NCBI GenBank assembly: GCA_934087065.1
Contig: CAKOIS010000005.1
Location: 2,789-66,788, forward strand
DNA: 64,000 nt
Direction of reading: 5' to 3'
Source of the DNA: an uncultured Bacilli bacterium
Lineage (GTDB): Bacteria > Bacillota_I > Bacilli_A > RF39 > UBA660
The notes under the pieces were generated by a model that saw only the letters and a program-made list of their open reading frames with translations, was not told the DNA's origin and did no database searches. Position 1 is the first letter of the stretch. The number at the start of each line of letters is the position of its first letter. Positions 10,116-18,734 of the stretch are shown here, in pieces. The position numbers and the translations under genes are program-made.

Positions 10116-10922
10116 ATGTTTAGCGATAACATTAAAGATTATATATTAAATAATATTAATGAAAGAGATTTTTTTGATAATAAGTTTTTAAATTTATTTA
10201 GATTAGAATTATATAAAGATGAACCAGATATTAAATATTCTTTTAATTCGATTTATACTGGAGATAAATATACTTATTCTTGGTATGACGATAAACAAAT
10301 ATATATATCTAGTAAAACGATTAACAAATACATAAAAGATTATAAAATAAAATATCCTAAAGGAATAATTGACAGTTATTTTTTTAGAAATATGTGCTTA
10401 TTAGAATGCTTGATACATGAAGTTATACACGCTTATCAGTTTATGTGGTGTTTTACAAGTGAAGGATTAATATGTGATGTGTTAAAAGACGGAGATGAAG
10501 TATTTGAAGAAATCGTTAAACTTCCTTTAATAAATAATTTACTTACAAAGATGTTTTATGAAACATATCATGATATTTTCCCATTTGAAATACACGCGGA
10601 TAATTATGCTTCACTATTTTTATTTGATATATATGATAGTGCACAAAACAAAAGCGAGTTTCCATTTTTTAAATTATCTAAAGCTGAAAACATATTGGGA
10701 CAATACACTTACAAAAATAATGAGCTAGTTAGTCCACTTTACAAGTTTTATAAAAAAGCTCATATAACAAGCAAGTTTAAAAAGTATAACTTTGATACTT
10801 TACCAAATATTGATAGGCTTATGATAGGAGAGTTATCTGATATTTCTAAAATTAACGAAGAGATAAATAAACTTATGAGTACTGGTAACCATGACTATTC
10901 TAGGCTTATAAAAAAACGTTAA
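10116..10922 (+). CDS. hypothetical HExxH-motif protein (putative zincin-like), paralog A
   Basis: 'LIHEVIHAYQF' HExxH motif plus downstream 'FPFEIHADNYA'. Paralogous to 14751-15584. SD AAGGGG then ATG 10116. Confidence 0.5.
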   Translation: MFSDNIKDYILNNINERDFFDNKFLNLFRLELYKDEPDIKYSFNSIYTGDKYTYSWYDDKQIYISSKTINKYIKDYKIKYPKGIIDSYFFRNMCLLECLIHEVIHAYQFMWCFTSEGLICDVLKDGDEVFEEIVKLPLINNLLTKMFYETYHDIFPFEIHADNYASLFLFDIYDSAQNKSEFPFFKLSKAENILGQYTYKNNELVSPLYKFYKKAHITSKFKKYNFDTLPNIDRLMIGELSDISKINEEINKLMSTGNHDYSRLIKKR

Positions 10923-11075
10923 AAATAATTGAATTTTTTCTTCAAGTGCGCTATAATTTAGGTATGGGTGGGGTGAAGTAAAGAATGTTACACTATATTA
11001 AATTGATATTTTAAATATTGTTTAGTATGGTGTTTTATTTTTAAATCTCGCTACAATTAAGAAAGGAGTGTATGT

Positions 11076-12038
11076 ATGGGAAAAGTTAAGTATGTATTTC
11101 TAACAATTTTATCTATATTCTTTATAACTGCTTGTAGTTGTAGTAAAATAACTTACACTGTTACATATGACACTGATGGTGGAACTAAAGTAAGTAAAGA
11201 AATAGTAGAAAAAGGAGAAAAAGCAACTGTACCAGTTGACCCAACTAAAGATGGTTACACATTTATTGGTTGGTACCTAGAAGACGAAAAGTATGACTTT
11301 AATAGTGAAGTAACAAAAGACATCACATTAAAAGCAAAATGGGAAAAGAAAGCTGATACAACTGGTGATGATTCAAAAGAAGATAATGATAAAAATGATA
11401 CTAAAGTAACGTATACTTATTATAAAGTGACTTTTGACTCTAATGGTGGAAGTAGTATTCCTAATAGATTTGTCATAAAAGGTATGAGTACAAATAAACC
11501 AGTTGATCCAACTAGAGAAGGATATACTTTTGTTGGTTGGGTATATAACGACGAAATTTTTGATTTTTCTAGCAAAATATACAAAAACATCACACTAAAA
11601 GCTATTTGGGAAAAAGTTGTAACTGAAAAAACTTACACAGTTAAATTTGACACAGATGGTGGAAGTGCAATAAAAGATATAATTGTTAAAGAAAATACTA
11701 AAATTAAAAGTCCAGGCAACCCAGTTAAAGAACACTATAAATTCCTAGGTTGGTTTGTTAACGACATTGAATTTGACTTTAACAATGTAATTACAAGTGA
11801 CATTACATTAAAAGCTAAATGGGAATACGTTCCAACAATTAGTTACATCAAAGAAGACATTAAAACTTCTGTAGTTGATCAAGTCGTAATCTATGTAACT
11901 AAAGATGATGTTAAAGTTGATGGATACGTTACAATTACAACTACTACAGGTAAAACAAAAACTGTGTCTGTCCCTAGTAGTGGTTACATAACAAATGGAA
12001 AAATAATAAAAGAAATAACAGACGCAAAAATTAAATAA
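11076..12038 (+). CDS. lipoprotein with three Listeria-Bacteroides (Flg_new-type) repeats
   Basis: Signal peptide with lipobox 'FITAC'. Three ~75-aa repeats 'TYTVTYDTDGG...GYTFIGWY...DITLKAKWEK'. Confidence 0.65.
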   Translation: MGKVKYVFLTILSIFFITACSCSKITYTVTYDTDGGTKVSKEIVEKGEKATVPVDPTKDGYTFIGWYLEDEKYDFNSEVTKDITLKAKWEKKADTTGDDSKEDNDKNDTKVTYTYYKVTFDSNGGSSIPNRFVIKGMSTNKPVDPTREGYTFVGWVYNDEIFDFSSKIYKNITLKAIWEKVVTEKTYTVKFDTDGGSAIKDIIVKENTKIKSPGNPVKEHYKFLGWFVNDIEFDFNNVITSDITLKAKWEYVPTISYIKEDIKTSVVDQVVIYVTKDDVKVDGYVTITTTTGKTKTVSVPSSGYITNGKIIKEITDAKIK

Positions 12039-12052
12039 GAAAGGACAAAAAA

Positions 12053-14674
12053 ATGAACAAAATTAAAAAGATATTATTTACTTTAGTTTTATCTTTATTG
12101 TTTGTTGTTAATACTGATGCAATTATAAAAGAAGACCCTGCTAATTTTACTGAAGACACTTATATAATTGGTATAACTAAGTTTGATAAAAACATCACAG
12201 TAAATGCATCAATGGCTAATCAAGCTGGAATAGATTATGCTAGTTTTATGCAAAGTATCAATAACGATGATTTAACAAGTGATGTGTATTTTTATAGTAA
12301 ACTAACTGATGAGTGGTTTAAAATAAGTAAAAACACAAATGAATATAAATTGTTAAATGAAAATGAAAAAGAAGAATTAATAAATAATTTAAATATTTTC
12401 TATGTAAATAATGAAGAAAAAACTACAACTTTAGATTATAATGGAAATGTTTCTAAAATAAGTAATTCTAAAGTTAAGTTTGAAAATAATAAGTTTATTA
12501 TACCAGTAACTTTATTAAATTTTAATTTTACAACTATAGATGACATTACGCTTGATGTTGATTTAGCAAAAGATAAAGATGGTATTAATAACTATGGTGA
12601 ATATTATATTCCTTATATAGTAAGCTATTATGATGAAGAACAAAACTTAATTGGGACAATTAAAACTAACAAAGATGGTTCTTTAAATTTAAGTAATTTT
12701 ACTATTCCTACTAAAGATGGTTACAAGCATGAATTTGTTAATAATGAAGGAAATGTAGTAGACATCAACACTTTAGTAGTAAGTGATAACCTTACTAAAA
12801 TCTATGATAAATGGACAAAAGTTGGAAGTTTAATGGAAAACAATGTTAGTATATTTGATAAAGACAGTCTTACATTAAAATATACTGGCTTAATTGATAG
12901 AAGAGATAACTCTAACTATATATATGTAACAATAGTCGCACCTATAAACTTTGATACAACTAATACTTTAGTAAATGGTGAAAGTGTTAAATGGATAAGT
13001 GGCGTTAAAAATACTGCCGAAATCAAGCTTGATGTTAAAGACAAGTCTAGTCAAAAAATTACTGTTAAATGGGACGATATTGACACAACTACATTTACAG
13101 TAGATTTAAGTGAAAGCAAGTTTAGTTATCTTATCACTTATAAAGAAGGAAACATTACTAAAAATGTAGGATTTATAACAGAAGGCGAAAAACTAAGTAA
13201 TATTTATGAATATACTAAAAAAGGTAAAATATTTGTAGGACTAACTACTATTAAAAATGGTAGAGTAAAATTTGATACTAATACTCCTATTACAAAAGAT
13301 TATACATTCTATCCAATTTACATAACTCCAGTATTAAGTTACAATAATGAAGTAACTAAAGAAGTTGAATACGCTTTTGTAAATGGAGAAGAAAGCAATC
13401 AAATATTTAAACTAAATTATCAAAAAGTGACAAGTGGTAAATTTAAACTTGTTGTTGAATTTAACGATACTAATGCTGTATATGACGAAAATGATTATAT
13501 AAAAGCAAAAATTAATGATAAATGGGTAGACTTTAAGGATGGTGTTATATTTGACGTAAACGAAAAAGGTTATACCGAAATACCTTTCAAAGTCAAAATG
13601 ACTAATAACACATCTACTAGTTATAAGTATTCAATTTATTATAATGATAAACTAGTACTATCTAAAACTATAGTTAACGGTCTAACTAGTGAAGAAAACT
13701 TAACTTTAAGTATTGGGAAACACAAATTCACTAATACAAAAGCAAGTAAAATAATGAAATATGGAACAGCAGAAACTCCAGTAAAACTACTAAAAGATGT
13801 AACATTAACTGGTGTAGCCGGTATATCAGGAAATTCTTATATTGATTTAAATGGATTTACTTTAACAAGTGGAAAAAGTAACAGTATATTTGAATTTTCT
13901 ACAACTATTGCTACAAATGATAATAGTTTAAACATATATAATGGTAATCTAAATTTAGTAAGTACTAAAAAAGACACTTATGTTGTCAATGGTGGCAAAA
14001 AGTCTGGAAAAGGCAAGTTCACTTTAACAATGACTAATGTTGAAGTTACTTCAAATAACGAAACATTCTACATGGCTGGAACTAACAGTAAAATAGAATT
14101 AAATAATGTTACAGTTAATTCTAAAAATAATGCATTCTTTATTGAAGGAAAGAATCCTGTAGTTGTTATTAATGATAGTAAACTAATTACTGATCAAGTT
14201 GCAATTTATACCAATGGTAGTACATCAAGTGATACAAATATTACTTTAGATAATTCTGATATTGTATCAAAAAGTATGGGTATATATCAAGCTTCAAGTG
14301 GAGTGCTTACTATATCTAATAATTCTAGTGTAACTGGTACAACTGGTATAGGACTAAAAAGTGGACAACTTAATGTATTAAATTCAACTATCGTTGGTAA
14401 TGGTACTTCTGTTGAAACTCCACAAGTAGAAAATAGTGGTATATCTGATACAGGAGATGCTATCTACGTTGAAGTTAACAGTGGATACCAAAGTGTAACT
14501 AAAGAGAATAGTGATATTTCTATTAGTGTTACTAATAGTGAACTAACAAGTAAAGCTAATAATTCAATAAGAGTATTTAACCCTGAAGAAATAACTGGTA
14601 CAATAGTACTAGCAAATGACTACAACATATTCGCTGAAAACACAGAAGGAAAATTTTATACACTTAATAAATAG
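12053..14674 (+). CDS. large secreted protein (873 aa), N-terminal signal peptide, C-terminal beta-helix-like repeats
   Basis: Signal peptide 'LVLSLLFVVNTDA'. C-terminal third rich in N/S/T/G repeats typical of right-handed beta-helix / pectate-lyase-like folds. Confidence 0.55.
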   Translation: MNKIKKILFTLVLSLLFVVNTDAIIKEDPANFTEDTYIIGITKFDKNITVNASMANQAGIDYASFMQSINNDDLTSDVYFYSKLTDEWFKISKNTNEYKLLNENEKEELINNLNIFYVNNEEKTTTLDYNGNVSKISNSKVKFENNKFIIPVTLLNFNFTTIDDITLDVDLAKDKDGINNYGEYYIPYIVSYYDEEQNLIGTIKTNKDGSLNLSNFTIPTKDGYKHEFVNNEGNVVDINTLVVSDNLTKIYDKWTKVGSLMENNVSIFDKDSLTLKYTGLIDRRDNSNYIYVTIVAPINFDTTNTLVNGESVKWISGVKNTAEIKLDVKDKSSQKITVKWDDIDTTTFTVDLSESKFSYLITYKEGNITKNVGFITEGEKLSNIYEYTKKGKIFVGLTTIKNGRVKFDTNTPITKDYTFYPIYITPVLSYNNEVTKEVEYAFVNGEESNQIFKLNYQKVTSGKFKLVVEFNDTNAVYDENDYIKAKINDKWVDFKDGVIFDVNEKGYTEIPFKVKMTNNTSTSYKYSIYYNDKLVLSKTIVNGLTSEENLTLSIGKHKFTNTKASKIMKYGTAETPVKLLKDVTLTGVAGISGNSYIDLNGFTLTSGKSNSIFEFSTTIATNDNSLNIYNGNLNLVSTKKDTYVVNGGKKSGKGKFTLTMTNVEVTSNNETFYMAGTNSKIELNNVTVNSKNNAFFIEGKNPVVVINDSKLITDQVAIYTNGSTSSDTNITLDNSDIVSKSMGIYQASSGVLTISNNSSVTGTTGIGLKSGQLNVLNSTIVGNGTSVETPQVENSGISDTGDAIYVEVNSGYQSVTKENSDISISVTNSELTSKANNSIRVFNPEEITGTIVLANDYNIFAENTEGKFYTLNK

Positions 14675-14696
14675 AGACTTAAGGTCTCTTTTATTA
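14673..14696 (+). terminator. rho-independent terminator
   Basis: agagac/gtctct stem then TTTTATT. Confidence 0.5.
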
Positions 14697-14697
14697 T

Positions 14698-14726
14698 TTG
14701 ACAAAAAGTGCGTTTTATGGTACAAT
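14698..14726 (+). promoter_or_regulatory. promoter TTGACA-17-TGgTACAAT
   Basis: Near-consensus with extended -10, upstream of HExxH paralog B. Confidence 0.55.
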
Positions 14727-14750
14727 TAATTTAGTTAAGGGGGAACGTAT

Positions 14751-15584
14751 ATGTTAGATAAAGAAGTGTTAGAGTTATTTTGTGAGCAAATGAATAATGC
14801 CAGCATCTTTAATAGAGTATTTATAGAAAAATTAACAAGTCTGTTAAAACAAAGTAAATACTTTGAAAATTTAAACCCTATACTATTTAAAAAAACAAAC
14901 TTTTTAACTGAAGCTGACACCTTTGATAATGAAATAACTATGCACCCAGAAATAATCAACGCAAGTTATCAAAACTCTTTAGATAAATATGGTATTCTTA
15001 ATGATACTTTATTTACAAGGAACATCTATAGAACTATTTCTCTACTACATGAACTTACTCATGTATATCAGTTTAACTTAGAAATGAACGAAATTAAAAA
15101 AGTATATCTAGAGTGTCTAAAAGTAAAAGAAGGATACGTTTTAATGAACAACAATCTAGATAAATTAATAGTCAAACTTCTTAACAAGCTAAATCTAAAA
15201 ACACAAAGTGAATTATATGTAGCTTTAAAGTCTTACGGTTTATACATGAAAAATCATGATATGTTTCCAATTGAAAAAATGGCAGATGGGTATGCTTATA
15301 AATATTTGATAGAAATATATCACATGCTAGGAAAGGAATACTTTAAAGATTTTGATAGTTTCTTAGACATAATGATTTATCATATTATAAAAGATTACTA
15401 CCAAGAAGGTGATTTAGTTAGTACACCATATAATAGATTTTTAACTTTAATTAAAAGACATGGATACACTTTTAAAGACATAAATATACAAAACATAAAT
15501 GCATACGATAGACTACTTATTGGAATGGAAGAAGATAAAAATACTATAAATAATATAATAAATACTAAAATATTAAGGAAATAA
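14751..15584 (+). CDS. hypothetical HExxH-motif protein, paralog B
   Basis: 'LLHELTHVYQF' and 'FPIEKMADGYAYKYL' match paralog A motifs. SD AGGGGG. Confidence 0.5.
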   Translation: MLDKEVLELFCEQMNNASIFNRVFIEKLTSLLKQSKYFENLNPILFKKTNFLTEADTFDNEITMHPEIINASYQNSLDKYGILNDTLFTRNIYRTISLLHELTHVYQFNLEMNEIKKVYLECLKVKEGYVLMNNNLDKLIVKLLNKLNLKTQSELYVALKSYGLYMKNHDMFPIEKMADGYAYKYLIEIYHMLGKEYFKDFDSFLDIMIYHIIKDYYQEGDLVSTPYNRFLTLIKRHGYTFKDINIQNINAYDRLLIGMEEDKNTINNIINTKILRK

Positions 15585-15597
15585 GAGTAAAAAGGTC

Positions 15598-15626
15598 TTG
15601 TAAAGAGTGTAAATATTTGTTATAAT
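15598..15626 (+). promoter_or_regulatory. promoter TTGTAA-17-TGtTATAAT for rpmG-efp
   Basis: Sequence match to consensus. Confidence 0.5.
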
Positions 15627-15655
15627 TTTTAATGTAAAAAAAGGAGGCAAGAAGA

Positions 15656-15826
15656 ATGGCAAAGAAAGAAAATAGAGAAGGAGTAGCTCTTCAATGTACA
15701 GAATGTAAAGAAATTAACTATTTAACAAGTAAAAATAAGAAAAATACTGAAGGAAAACTTGAGATAAAGAAGTTTTGTCCAAGATGTAATAAAACAACTT
15801 CTCACAAAGAAAGAAAGGCTAGTTAA
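15656..15826 (+). CDS. rpmG: 50S ribosomal protein L33
   Basis: 56-aa ORF '[56 protein letters not shown]' with CxxC...CxxC zinc ribbon. AAGGAGG SD. Below the ORF-track size cutoff. Confidence 0.85.
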   Translation: MAKKENREGVALQCTECKEINYLTSKNKKNTEGKLEIKKFCPRCNKTTSHKERKAS

Positions 15827-15828
15827 TT

Positions 15829-16386
15829 ATGTTTAATGTAAATGATATTAAAAATGGAATGACTATTAGTTATGAAGGTAATATATATCAAGTAGTTGAG
15901 TTTCAACATGTAAAACCAGGTAAAGGTAGTGCATTTGTCAAAACTAAATTAAAGAATTTAAGAACACAAACTACACAAGAAATTACTTTCAACGCTGGTA
16001 TTAAACTTGAAAAAGCAAATGTTGTAAAAAACGATTTAAGTTATTTATATAGTCAAGGAGACTCTTATGTATTTATGGATAATAATACTTATGATCAAAT
16101 TGAAATAAATAAGAGCAAGCTAGGCGATAATGCTAAATTCTTAAAAGAAGGATTAGTAGTTAATGTAATGAATTACAATGGAGAAATTGTTGGAGTAACT
16201 TTCCCAGATAAAATTAGCTATAAAGTTGTTGAAACTGAACAAGCAGTTAAAGGAAACACTACAAGTGGAGCTCAAAAAGATGCTACATTAGAAACAGGAT
16301 ATACTGTTAAAGTTCCTTTATTCATTGAAGCTGGAGAAGAAATAATTATTACTACTAGTGATGGTAAATATTCAAGTAGAGCATAA
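15829..16386 (+). CDS. efp: elongation factor P
   Basis: 185 aa. Conserved 'KPGKGSAFV' loop containing the modified Lys. Confidence 0.9.
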   Translation: MFNVNDIKNGMTISYEGNIYQVVEFQHVKPGKGSAFVKTKLKNLRTQTTQEITFNAGIKLEKANVVKNDLSYLYSQGDSYVFMDNNTYDQIEINKSKLGDNAKFLKEGLVVNVMNYNGEIVGVTFPDKISYKVVETEQAVKGNTTSGAQKDATLETGYTVKVPLFIEAGEEIIITTSDGKYSSRA

Positions 16387-16398
16387 AAGCTCTTTTTT
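16378..16398 (+). terminator. efp terminator
   Basis: agagc/gctct stem then T6. Confidence 0.5.
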
Positions 16399-16401
16399 GT
16401 G

Positions 16402-16430
16402 TTGAATTTTTATATAATTTATGTTATCAT
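16402..16430 (+). promoter_or_regulatory. promoter TTGAAT-17-TGtTATCAT for leader / paralog copy 1
   Basis: Same architecture and spacing relative to the conserved 'aaagatagg' box as at copies 2 and 3. Confidence 0.45.
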
Positions 16431-16440
16431 TTTAATGTAA

Positions 16441-16610
16441 TAAAGATAGGAGATAAACATATGAAAGATACATTTTTAGTACAAAGTAAACTACAAAATG
16501 GGGGGGGTTATTTAAGTAAAGTAAATAACTTAAGTTTTCATATGTCTAAATATAATGGATAGAATAAGTCTACCCATTTTTTGTTGTGTAAGAAAGAAGG
16601 AGTATGATTT
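16441..16610 (+). promoter_or_regulatory. conserved leader, copy 1: SD + leader ORF (16461-16562, 33 aa) containing G8 tract (16500-16507) + terminator hairpin (16555-16583) + SD of main gene
   Basis: Leader ORF MKDTFLVQSKLQNGGGYLSKVNNLSFHMSKYNG*. Its TAG stop lies in the 5' arm (atggatag) of the hairpin atggatag/ctacccat, which is followed by TTTTTT. Homologous leaders at 36215-36393 and 47098-47272. Confidence 0.55.
16500..16507 (+). repeat. poly-G homopolymer (G8) inside leader ORF
   Basis: Read directly from the sequence. G-runs of 8 or more are otherwise absent from this 30% GC window. Confidence 0.9.
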
Positions 16611-18257
16611 ATGAATAAGAAGAGTATAACAATATTAGTAGTGTGTTTAATAGTGACTGTGTTGTCAGTCAGTTTAGCATACTATAGTGCTAGAATAATA
16701 GGTGATGGGAAAAACGTAAGCGTGAATGCAAAAGAGCTTACAATAAACTTTGACAATAATAACGAAATAGCGAGTGGTATAATTGAACCAGGTTGGAGTA
16801 GTTCTAATACTTTTAGTGTTACTAATAAAAGTAAAACTAACTTTACATATGATATTGTATTAAAGAACTATAAAAATACTACTAAGACTAATGGATACCT
16901 AGTTTATAAAATAACTAGTACAAATGGTTACAATATGACTGAATATAAAGATATGCCAAAAGATGGAGATAATACATATGACCTAGTAATTGCTAGAGGC
17001 ATAACTATTGAACCAGGAAGTAGTAATAAACAAAGTTATACTTTAGAAATAAAATACCTAGATAGCACTGAAGACCAAAGTATAGATATGGGGTCAACTG
17101 TTACAGGTAGTTTATATATAGTAGAAAGTACAACAAACGAAAATAACCCATATACTAAAGGAACATTAGGTTATCAAATAATGGAAGATAACTCAAATAT
17201 TAAAACTAGAACAGATTTTAGTAAAACCTACACAGATGTAAATATTGGAACAATGTATAAAGCACAAGAAGAAAATACTGACGTTTATTATTTTGCAGGA
17301 GATGCAAGAAACAACTGGGTTAAATTTGGAACATGGAAGGAAGATAAAACCATAATAGTTGGATATTACGACACATCAGCTTTTCAGGGCAAACTTTATG
17401 ATACGTTAGAAGAATGTAATACGGCTAGTTCATATAATAAAAATTGTCACTCAGTTACATTGGCTAAAAAAGGAAATGCAATGTACTGGAGAATAATTCG
17501 TACAAATAATGATGGAAGCATAAGACTATTATACGCAGGGACTAATCCGTATGGTAATGAAGCATATGTAAATATAAGTGTATATAATTCTCCATATAAT
17601 AACCCTATGTATGTAGGCTATATGTATGGAACATTAGGCTCTTTGGAAAATAATAGACAAAACACAACAGATAGTTCGGTTAAATCAGCAATTGATAATT
17701 GGTATGTAAATAACATGACATCATATACAAAATATTTAAGCACAAGTGCAGTATATTGTAATGACCGTAGCATACCAAATTCAGACTATAACACTGATAA
17801 AACAGGTTTTAATTATAATTCAGTGTATAGGTTAAATACTAACAAAACTCCAACATATAATTGCGAAAGCGAATATGACGCTTTTAGTGTAGAAAATGCA
17901 AATGCTAAACTAACTTACCCAATAGCCTTAATGACAGCAGACGAAATTGCATATGCAGGTGGTTTACACAACACTCGTTCTGAAACGTGGGTATATAAAA
18001 GTGCTGTACTTAATTCTGACAATGAAAATATTATAAGTGCAACAGGAATTACAAGGTGGTGGACAATGAGCCCTGGAATTTGGGAAGGAACAATATCTAG
18101 AACATATTTTTTAAACACTGTAGCTTGGCCAGGACATTTAAGTACGCAATATATTAATTATGGATATGGTGTAAGACCAGTAATAAGTATAAATAGAAAT
18201 AACATATGGAAAAGTGGAGATGGAAGCGTAGAACATCCATATGAAATTAGTAATTGA
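16611..18257 (+). CDS. secreted paralog family member 1 (548 aa); SipW-cognate-like signal peptide, TasA/camelysin-like N-terminal region
   Basis: N-terminus 'MNKKSITILVVCLIVTVLSVSLAYYSARIIGDGKNVSV...IEPGWSSSNTFSV'. Conserved C-terminal block shared with copy 3 ('WRIIRTN.DGS.RLLY.GT', 'YPIALMTADE', 'VRP'). Confidence 0.6.
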   Translation: MNKKSITILVVCLIVTVLSVSLAYYSARIIGDGKNVSVNAKELTINFDNNNEIASGIIEPGWSSSNTFSVTNKSKTNFTYDIVLKNYKNTTKTNGYLVYKITSTNGYNMTEYKDMPKDGDNTYDLVIARGITIEPGSSNKQSYTLEIKYLDSTEDQSIDMGSTVTGSLYIVESTTNENNPYTKGTLGYQIMEDNSNIKTRTDFSKTYTDVNIGTMYKAQEENTDVYYFAGDARNNWVKFGTWKEDKTIIVGYYDTSAFQGKLYDTLEECNTASSYNKNCHSVTLAKKGNAMYWRIIRTNNDGSIRLLYAGTNPYGNEAYVNISVYNSPYNNPMYVGYMYGTLGSLENNRQNTTDSSVKSAIDNWYVNNMTSYTKYLSTSAVYCNDRSIPNSDYNTDKTGFNYNSVYRLNTNKTPTYNCESEYDAFSVENANAKLTYPIALMTADEIAYAGGLHNTRSETWVYKSAVLNSDNENIISATGITRWWTMSPGIWEGTISRTYFLNTVAWPGHLSTQYINYGYGVRPVISINRNNIWKSGDGSVEHPYEISN

Positions 18258-18270
18258 ATAGCAAACAAAA

Positions 18271-18298
18271 AGAGAAAAACTAAAATTTTCTCTTTTTA
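18271..18298 (+). terminator. rho-independent terminator
   Basis: agagaaaa/ttttctct stem then T-run. Confidence 0.5.
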
Positions 18299-18423
18299 AG
18301 TGTCACAGTTTCTTCTTTTTTTAGTGTTTCTTTTTCTTTATGTAGTGTATCCATTTTATTATTAACTGATAACACAAATATTAAAGCAAAAACTAAAGCA
18401 AGAAATTTCTTCTTATTATTCAT
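18280..18423 (-). CDS. possible 47-aa small exported peptide
   Basis: GGAGGA SD 4 nt before ATG. MNNKKKFLALVFALIFVLSVNNKMDTLHKEKETLKKEETVTLKKRKF. Not in ORF track (<60 aa). Speculative. Confidence 0.2.
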   Translation of the reverse strand: MNNKKKFLALVFALIFVLSVNNKMDTLHKEKETLKKEETVTLKKRKF

Positions 18424-18476
18424 GAGTCCTCCATCTACTAAAATTATAACACAAAAAAACCACTATGTTAAGTGAT

Positions 18477-18638
18477 TTATTTTTCTAAACTTCTGATTTC
18501 TTTTGTAGTTAATCTAACTTTTTTACCATCAATTTTAACTGTTTGTAAATTAACTTTTTGAGTCTTCTTAGTAGCCTTTAAACTGAAAGGTCTGTTGTTA
18601 GCACTCATATTTTTTCTATCTGATACATTTTTTGCCAT
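18477..18638 (-). CDS. rpmB: 50S ribosomal protein L28
   Basis: Internal start with AAGGAGG SD. 53 aa 'MAKNVSDRKNMSANNRPFSLKATKKTQKVNLQTVKIDGKKVRL...' resembles Bacillus L28 (NNRSHA...NLQKVRI..GK.KKV). Confidence 0.75.
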   Translation of the reverse strand: MAKNVSDRKNMSANNRPFSLKATKKTQKVNLQTVKIDGKKVRLTTKEIRSLEK

Positions 18639-18734
18639 TCTTCTTGCCTCCTTAAACTTCTCTAATAATTTACCACAAAATACTGGTTTAGTCAACAGAT
18701 TTTTGATATAATTACACTATTGGAGGTAAAAATT

